A DNA stretch of 63,861 nt, counting the filler, from an uncultured Synergistales bacterium (GTDB lineage Bacteria > Synergistota > Synergistia > Synergistales > Aminobacteriaceae), in NCBI GenBank assembly GCA_937897575.1. It is 12 parts of 12 records of this genome, joined end to end, with 100 filler letters (N's around TTAATTAATTAA, not from the genome) between each part and the next. Parts side by side here need not be neighbours in the genome. Positions count along the whole stretch, not along the records: positions 52,385 to 57,997 come from CALCQG010000120.1; positions 58,098 to 60,122 come from CALCQG010000121.1; positions 60,223 to 62,317 come from CALCQG010000127.1; positions 62,418 to 63,861 come from CALCQG010000169.1; 8 more parts are not named here. One strand, given 5' to 3'. The position numbers and the translations under genes are program-made. A model generated the notes under the pieces. That model did no database searches. It had not been told where the DNA came from and saw only the letters and a list, made by a program, of their open reading frames with translations. Position 1 is the stretch's first letter, and every line of letters starts with the position of its first letter. This document shows, one piece after another, positions 56,698-63,861 of this stretch.

Positions 56698-57997
56698 TCA
56701 TGGGTGTACGTTGGTCTCGGGGGGAATCTGGTTCCCCTGGACCTTCCTTTTCTGGAGGAAGTACACTCCCACCAGAATGACGAGGCCGAGGATGTCCGTC
56801 ACGAGCCTCGGGTCGATGAGCATGAACGGGACGGCGAGAAGGAGCGCCCGCTCAACGATGGATAGCGGCGCGATGTAGTACCCCTGCACTCCGGCGGAGA
56901 GCCCTATGATCGCCATGAGGGCCGATCCGGTGCTGAGCACGATGTTGATGATGCTCCCCTGGAAGAGAAGGTGCGAATTGTAGATGAACATATAGGGGAC
57001 GATGAACCCCGCCGCCGCAGTGGCGAGGGCGGTGAACCCCGTCTTGAGGACGTTCGATTTGGCGATGCCCGCCGCGGCATATGTCGCGAGGGCCACGGGG
57101 GGCGTCACGTCCGCGGGGACGCCGAAGTACAGGCAGAACAGGTGCGCCGACATGAGGGGGACGCCCATCTGATAGAGGGCCGGGGCGGCGAGGGTCGACG
57201 TGATGATGTACTGCGCCGTTGTGGGAACGCCCATGCCGAGGATGATGGACCCGATCATGGTGAGGATGAGGGCGAGGGGAAGAATGCCCTGAGAGAGGCT
57301 GATGACGAAGGACGAGAAGGCCAGCCCGATCCCCGTGATCCCGATCACGCCGATGACGATGCCGGAACAGGCGCAGGCCGCGGCGACCTCGACGGCTCCG
57401 ATGCCGCCGTCGATGAGGGCGAAGAGCACCTTCTTCGGCGTCATCCGGTTCTCCTTCTTGCCGAGCCAGGATGCGCCGATCATCAGGACGATGGACCAGA
57501 ACACGGCCTTCACCGCCGAGTAGCCCAGAGAGAGGAAGACCACGAGGGTGATGATGGGGATCAGGAGGTTCCATCCCTCCTTCAGGACCTTTCGGGCGTT
57601 GGGGATCTGGTCGGAGGGAAGCCCCTTCATCCCCCGTTTCCCCGCGCGGAAGTGCACCATGGCGATAATGGAGATGAAGTACAGCGTCGCCGGAATAGCG
57701 GCGGCCACCACGATGTCCCAGTAGGAGATCCCGAGGAACTGGGCCATGATGAAGGCCGCGGCGCCCATGACTGGCGGCATGACCTGACCGCCCGTGGAGG
57801 CTGCCGCCACGACGGCCCCCGCGAAATTAGGCTTGTAGCCCGAGGATTTCATCAGAGGGATGGTAAAGGCGCCGGTGGTGACGGCGTTGGCCACGGAGCT
57901 CCCCGAGACCATGCCCATGAGGAGGCTTGCAACCACCGCCGCCTTGCCCGAGCCGCCCTGGCTCCGCCCGGTCAGCGCTACGGCGAGGTCGATGAAG
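56698..57997 (-). CDS. TRAP/TAXI transporter fused permease (5' truncated)
   Basis: SGSSVAN, ASTGGQVMPPVMGAAAF, LGMGVPTT and DVTPPV. Confidence 0.92.
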
Positions 57998-58097
57998 NNN
58001 NNNNNNNNNNNNNNNNNNNNNNNNNNNNNNNNNNNNNNNNNTTAATTAATTAANNNNNNNNNNNNNNNNNNNNNNNNNNNNNNNNNNNNNNNNNNNN

Positions 58098-58489
58098 GGA
58101 TAGAGGGTCATCATGCCGCGCATCTCCTTGTAGGGCGTCTTCCCCTCGTAGGTCCCCGTGCCGTTGAAGGCGTAGTAGCATATGCCGTTCTGGCCTATGC
58201 CAACCTGCACCTCGCCGTTCTGCATGAGCTCCACGTTCTGAGGCGTCCCGGCCGTGGACTGGGCCGAAGCGCGAACGCCCTCGAGATTTTTCGTCCAGAT
58301 CTGCGCCATGGCGTTGCCTATGGGGTAATAGGCGCCGCCCGTCGTCGCAGTGGCGAGGTTGATCCGATAGGTCTTCGCCTCCGCGATACCGACACAACCC
58401 ACCATCACCAGAAGCGCAACAACGAGTATCTTTGTCCAGAGACCCTTCTTCACTGTTTTTCCCTCCTTTGATGTGTTACTCTGTGCCAC
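58098..58489 (-). CDS. TAXI-family TRAP solute-binding protein, N-terminal part
   Basis: Signal peptide, ATATTGGAYYPIG and STAGTPQN; start may be GTG at 58453. Confidence 0.9.
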
Positions 58490-58564
58490 CTTCGTCCATA
58501 ACTATGACGCTCCGCTCTCGTCCCGATGAGGACCCTCCGGAACGAGAGAGTGACTGGGCGACGG

Positions 58565-59752
58565 CTACCCCTTCCGGGCGACACCCGTTTTTCTCGCCGC
58601 CTCGGCCACGGCTGCCGCCACGGCCGGGACGACCCGCTTGTCCATCACCTCGGTGATGATCCGGTCGGCCCGAAGCTCCGCCGGCGGGATGAGATCCGCG
58701 AGGGCATGGGCCGCGGCCAGCTTCATCTCCTCGTTTATGACGGAGGCCCGGACATCCAGCGCGCCCCGGAAGATGCCGGGGAACCCCAGACAGTTGTTGA
58801 TCTGGTTCGGGAAGTCGCTCCGCCCCGTGGCGACCACCACCGCACCCGCCGCGTGGGCCTCGTCGGGGTAGATCTCCGGCGTGGGGTTCGCCATGGCGAA
58901 GACGATGGCCCCCGGCGCCATGGACCGGACCATGTCCTGGTTGATGATGTCGGGCCCGGAGAGGCCGAGGAACACATCGGCGCCCTTCATCACATCCCCT
59001 ATGGAGCCGCGCTCGCCGTTGGGGTTCGACCGGGTCGCGATCTCCTCCTTGGCCCAGTTCATGCGCTCCGTCCGCCCCTTGTAGATGGCCCCGCTCCGGT
59101 CGCAGAGGATCACGTTCTTCGCCCCGGCGGACATCACGAAGTTGCAGATGGCCGTGCCGGCTGCCCCGGCGCCGGAGATGACGATCTTCACGTCCTCGAT
59201 CTTCTTCGAGACGACCCTAAGGGCGTTCAGCACCCCGGCGAGGACGATGACGGCCGTCCCGTGCTGGTCGTCGTGGAATACGGGGATGTCGCAGATCTCC
59301 TGAAGTTTCCGCTCCACCTCGAAGCAGCGGGGGGCCGCGATGTCCTCGAGGTTGATTCCCCCGAAGGAGGAGGTGATGAGGGACGCCGTCCGGACGATCT
59401 CGTCGGTATCCTTCGAGTTGATGCAGATGGGAAGGGCGTCCACGCCGGCGAAGGTCTTGAAGAGGATGGCCTTCCCCTCCATGACGGGCAGCGCGGCGTC
59501 GGGGCCGATGTCCCCCAGGCCGAGGACGGCCGTCCCGTCGGTGATGACGGCCACCATGTTCCCCTTGGCCGTCACCTCGTAGAGCGCATCCCTGTTACGC
59601 CCGATCTCCCTGCAGGGCTCCGCCACACCGGGCGTGTAGGCAAGGGCGAGGTCCGCCATGGAGTTCACCGGGACCTTGCTCTCGATGGCCACCTTGCCCC
59701 GCTTCTCCCTGTGCAGTGCGAGGGAACGCTCGTACACATCTTCCTTCCTCAT
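58565..59752 (-). CDS. NAD(P)-dependent malic enzyme
   Basis: AYTPGVA, DGTAVLGLG, FHDDQHGTA and TGRSDFPNQINN. Confidence 0.95.
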   Translation of the reverse strand: MRKEDVYERSLALHREKRGKVAIESKVPVNSMADLALAYTPGVAEPCREIGRNRDALYEVTAKGNMVAVITDGTAVLGLGDIGPDAALPVMEGKAILFKTFAGVDALPICINSKDTDEIVRTASLITSSFGGINLEDIAAPRCFEVERKLQEICDIPVFHDDQHGTAVIVLAGVLNALRVVSKKIEDVKIVISGAGAAGTAICNFVMSAGAKNVILCDRSGAIYKGRTERMNWAKEEIATRSNPNGERGSIGDVMKGADVFLGLSGPDIINQDMVRSMAPGAIVFAMANPTPEIYPDEAHAAGAVVVATGRSDFPNQINNCLGFPGIFRGALDVRASVINEEMKLAAAHALADLIPPAELRADRIITEVMDKRVVPAVAAAVAEAARKTGVARKG

Positions 59753-59854
59753 TCACGATCACTCCTTCTATTCTGTTGTGCTGCACGTGCTCTGCATGCT
59801 CCGCCGCTGGGTTCCCGCGACGGATCGAACCTGCCGGAGGGCCCGGCGCGACGA

Positions 59855-60122
59855 TCAGACGTAGCTTCCCTCGAAGGAGTCGGCCTTCTTCGGCTCGTAG
59901 TCGCCAAAGTAGGCCGAGAAGTCCATGGACAGATAATCGCACATCTCCTGGACCTCCACCAGCGTGTTGTCGTTGATCGGGACGCCGTTCTTCATCTTGT
60001 CCGCCACGGACTCGATCTCCTTTTCGCCGTGGGTGTAGATCCGCTCCTGTCCGTCGGCCTTCGGGCTGTCCCGAAGCTCCTGCAAAAATCTGGAGAGGTT
60101 GGCCTTGATCGCGGCCGCGTCG
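59855..60122 (-). CDS. Ldh_2 family (type 2 malate/L-lactate dehydrogenase), C-terminus
   Basis: LRDSPKADGQERIYTHGEKE..NGVP. Confidence 0.75.
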
Positions 60123-60222
60123 NNNNNNNNNNNNNNNNNNNNNNNNNNNNNNNNNNNNNNNNNNNNTTAATTAATTAANNNNNNNNNNNNNNNNNNNNNN
60201 NNNNNNNNNNNNNNNNNNNNNN

Positions 60223-61502
60223 CCGCCGCAGCACCGTGTAGGCCGCGAAGAGTTTTTTCGGGTGGAGCGTCGTCAGCATGCAGTCCAGGCCGTCATACCC
60301 CATGTCCAGTTCGTGCAGGCCGTCGAAGCCGATCTCCGCCGACCGGATCGCTTTGTTGACGGCCTCCATGAAGGTCCGTCCCAGGCCCAGGGACTCGCCC
60401 ACGGACTTCATCTGGGTCCCGAGCTGGTCGTACTCCGTCGGGAACTTGTCCGTCTCGAACCGGGGGACCTTCACGGCCACGTAGTCCAGGGCCGGCTCGA
60501 AGCAGCTGACGGTCTTCCCGGTTATCTCGTTGACGATCTCGTCCAGGGTGTACCCGACGGCGAGCTTGGCCGCCGCCCGGGCGATGGGGAACCCCGTGGC
60601 CTTGGAGGCGAGAGCCGACGACCGGCTGACCCTGGGGTTCATCTCGATGATCACCATCCGCCCCGTGACGGGGTGCACGGCGAACTGCACGTTCGAACCG
60701 CCGCAGTCGGCCCCGATCGCACGGAGGATGGTCAGGGCGGCGGTTCGCATGGTCTGATACTCGGCGTCACTGAGCGTCATGATGGGGGCGACGGTGACGC
60801 TGTCCCCGGTGTGGACGCCCATGGGATCGATGTTTTCGATGGAGCAGACCACAACGGCGTTGTCCTCTTTGTCCCTCATGACCTCCATCTCGAACTCCTT
60901 CCAGCCGATGAGGGACTCCTCGATGAGGGCGGAGCCTGCGGGGCTCTCCCTGAGCGCGTGCTCCACCTGGTCGGCCAGGCTCTCCCGCGTCGACGCGATG
61001 GAGCCGCCCAGCCCCCCCAGGGTGAAGGACGGCCGGATCACTCCGAGACGGAGTGCACCATCACCGACCGCGGCGTGTCAAGGCCCGCTGAAGCGGCGAC
61101 GCGTTTGAACTCGCCCCTGTCCTCGGCGAGGCGTATGGACGGGATGGAGGCCCCGATGACCTCCACGCCCCATCGGTCCAGGATCCCCCTGTCCGAGAGC
61201 TCCAGGGCGAGGTTCAGGGCCGTTTGCCCGCCCATGGTGGGCAGCAGGGCGTCGGGGCGCTCCGCTTGCAGGATCTCCTCCAGGTAGCGGGACTTCAGAG
61301 GCTCGAGGTAGATGGCGTCCGCAATACCCGGGGTGGTCATGACCGTCGCCGGGTTCGGATTCACCAGGACGACCTCGTACCCCTCCTCCTTGAGGGCCTT
61401 CACGGCCTGAACGCCGGAGTAGTCGAACTCGCAGGCCTGACCGATGACGATGGCCCCCGACCCGAGGACGAGGATTTTCTTCAGATCCCTCCTGGCGCCC
61501 AT
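60223..61502 (-). CDS. carB: Carbamoyl-phosphate synthase large subunit, N-terminal part, disrupted near 61040
   Basis: [22 protein letters not shown] then stop; [34 protein letters not shown] follows in another frame. Confidence 0.92.
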
Positions 61503-62317
61503 CACGCCCCCCTCCTCTCGTCGGCGAAGGCCTTCGCCGATGCGACGAACTCGTCGAATATCCAGGACGAGTCGCGCGGACCCGGCGCCGCCTCGGGGTG
61601 GAACTGACAGGACAGCACCGGCAGATGTCTGTGCCGAAGGCCCTCCACGGAGCCGTCGTTGGCGTTCCGGAACCACACCGCCACGTCGGGGGGCAGACGC
61701 TCCTCCGCCACCTCGAATCCGTGGTTCTGGCTCGTCACCTGGACCCGTCCGGTGCGCTCGTCCCGCACGGGGTGGTTGCAGCCGTGATGGCCGAACTTCA
61801 TCTTTCGCGTCCCTCCCCCCAGGGCGTGGGCGATGATCTGATGGCCGAGGCAGATGCCGAAGACGGGAAGCCGGCCCAGGAGCTCGCCGATGGTGTCGAC
61901 GACGGACGTGAGGACCGCCGGGTCGCCGGGCCCGTTGGAGACGAGCACTCCGTCAGGCGCCGCGGAGAGGATGTCCTCGGCCGACGCGGACCAGGGCATC
62001 AGCGTGAGGGCGGTCCCCCGAAGGGTCAGCTCACGAAGGATCGTGCGCTTCACGCCGCAGTCCACCACGACGAACCGGGGTGCCCCGTTGGAGGACAGGA
62101 CTGTCGTCTGCCGTGTCCCAACCGTGGGGAGGAGATTTCGCCCCTCCATGGGGGGCACGCTGTCGAAGAACGCGGCCACTGCCGCCCTGTCGGCCTCCGA
62201 GAGGCGCTCTCCGTCCGATGGGCGCACGACGACCCCGTTGCAGCTCCCTCTCTCCCGAAGATGAGTCGTTATGGCCCTCGTGTCTGCGTCCCACACTCCG
62301 GGGACGCCGTGCTGCCT
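61502..62317 (-). CDS. carA: Carbamoyl-phosphate synthase small subunit (5' truncated)
   Basis: DTRAIT..LR..G, SNGPGDP, GICLGHQ, SQNHGF and QFHPE. Confidence 0.95.
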   Translation of the reverse strand, partial: RQHGVPGVWDADTRAITTHLRERGSCNGVVVRPSDGERLSEADRAAVAAFFDSVPPMEGRNLLPTVGTRQTTVLSSNGAPRFVVVDCGVKRTILRELTLRGTALTLMPWSASAEDILSAAPDGVLVSNGPGDPAVLTSVVDTIGELLGRLPVFGICLGHQIIAHALGGGTRKMKFGHHGCNHPVRDERTGRVQVTSQNHGFEVAEERLPPDVAVWFRNANDGSVEGLRHRHLPVLSCQFHPEAAPGPRDSSWIFDEFVASAKAFADERRGA

Positions 62318-62417
62318 NNNNNNNNNNNNNNNNNNNNNNNNNNNNNNNNNNNNNNNNNNNNTTAATTAATTAANNNNNNNNNNNNNNNNNNNNNNNNNNN
62401 NNNNNNNNNNNNNNNNN

Positions 62418-62829
62418 GGATGCCCTCGGTCAGCAGCGCCACGAAGAGGTTCAGGGTCTCCAGGCTGATCCCCGAGAAACCCCGAATGAGGCTGTTGATA
62501 CGAAGCAGCATCATGGCCCGCGTGACGTCCTCGGGGAAGGGCTCTCCGACGCCGCAGGCGTGGCTCTTGAGCAGGTTCTCCTGGAGGAGCCGGCGGTCCT
62601 TGCGGGAGATCTTCACCGTGGACAGGTCGCCGAAGCCCGTGGTGACGCCGTAGACCACGTCGTCGGAGTTCTCCCAGGCCCGCACCGCCGCCGAGGCCGC
62701 CTCAACCCGGCGGCAGGCCTCTTCGTCGAGTTCGACGGCGTATGACCTCCGGGCCACGTTCAGCACATCGTCAAGGGCCAGGGACACACCGTCGAGGCGG
62801 ACGACCTCTTTTTCCCGTTTCGTTACCAT
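62418..62829 (-). CDS. hutH: Histidine ammonia-lyase, N-terminal part
   Basis: VYGVTTGFG, LQENLLKSHACGVG and LRINSL..GFSG; coupled to hutI. Confidence 0.9.
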
Positions 62830-63786
62830 ACCCGCTCCCCCTTTTTGAAGACGGCCTCCACGGGGGAGACACCCGCGTGGTAGGCGAGAATGGCCGGCGT
62901 CTCGCCGTCCAAGATCAGGAAGTCGGCCTGTTTGCCCACCTCCAGAGTGCCGCACTTGGCGCCGAGGCCGATGGCGTGGGCGCTGTTCTTCGTCGAAGCC
63001 ACGAGGGCCTCCTCCACGGTGAGCCCCATACCCATGACCGCCAGGCCGAAGACAAAGGGCATGGACTCCGTGAAGGACGAGCCGGGGTTGCAGTCCGTGG
63101 CGAGGGCCACGGGGACACCGCCGTCGATCATGGCGCGGGCCCGGGCGTAGGGCTTCCGAAGGCTGTAGGCCGTTGCCGGCAGCAGCACGGCGATAGTGCC
63201 CCCCGACGCCAGGGAGGCGATGCCTCTGTCGCCCGCCGCCAGAAGGTGCTCGGCGGACTGGGCGCCCAGCTCTCCGGCGAGGACGGCGCCGCCCGTGTCG
63301 TGCACCTCGTCGGCATGAATCTTCAACCTGAAGCCGAGCGTCTTCGCCGCCTCGAGGATGCGCCGCGTCTGGTTGACGGAGAAGACGCCCTCCTCGCAGA
63401 ACACGTCGCAGAACCTGGCGATCCCCTGCTCCTTCACGGCGGGGAGCATCTCGCGGACGACGAGGTCCACGAAGGCCTCCTCGTTCCCCTTGTACTCCGC
63501 CGGCACGGCGTGGGCGCCCATGAAGGTGGGGACCACGTCCAGGGGGGACTCCCGCCCCACCCGCGCGATGACCCGGAGCATCTTGAGCTCGCTCTCCGTA
63601 TCGAGGCCGTAGCCGCTCTTTATCTCAACGGTCGTGGTGCCGAAGGACAGCGCCGAGAGGGCGAGGCCCAGCGTCGCCTCGAAGAGGTCGCCCTCGGAGG
63701 TCTCGTGCACCCGCCGCACGGACGACAGGATGCCGCCGCCGGCCTTCAGGATGTCCAGGTACGTGGCGCCCGCGAGCCGCAGGGCA
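62823..63786 (-). CDS. hutI: Imidazolonepropionase; recognisable homology ends near 63786
   Basis: GATYLDILKAGGGILSSV, EIKSGYGL, MGAHA, DVFCEEG, KIHADE and ATDCNPGS. Confidence 0.92.
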
Positions 63787-63861
63787 TGTCCGAGGGTATG
63801 GAGCAGAGCCCGCTGATCCGTACCTAGGGGCAGGGCGGGCAGGATCTGGCTGAAGTCGAGG

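Overview
This window is not one locus. It is 12 contigs joined by identical 100-nt artificial linkers (N44-TTAATTAATTAA-N44), so adjacency across a linker means nothing. Eleven contigs look like one high-GC anaerobic diderm bacterium, most likely Synergistota. They carry an SLH-porin, LptC/LptD-like genes, a V/A-type ATPase, amino-acid fermentation genes, and cdaA-cdaR-glmM-galU-glmS with a glmS ribozyme. One contig (9611-14864) is archaeal (archaeal-type ribC-ribH-aspC, methanogen-like) and is probably misbinned; it carries a type I R-M hsdR. Three observations stand out. (1) A complete yybP-ykoY (Mn2+) riboswitch with promoter and overlapping terminator controls a lone Na+-translocating decarboxylase beta subunit. 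(2) An inverted hsdS half-gene and a possible recombinase stub lie upstream of hsdR on the archaeal contig, suggesting an invertible type I R-M locus. (3) A hairpin-dense non-coding element of about 370 nt, matching no RNA family I recognise, lies between two terminators downstream of the porin gene. ATPase subunit B, carB and hutI have lesions that may be assembly errors. All product calls come from motif recognition by eye; no searches were run.
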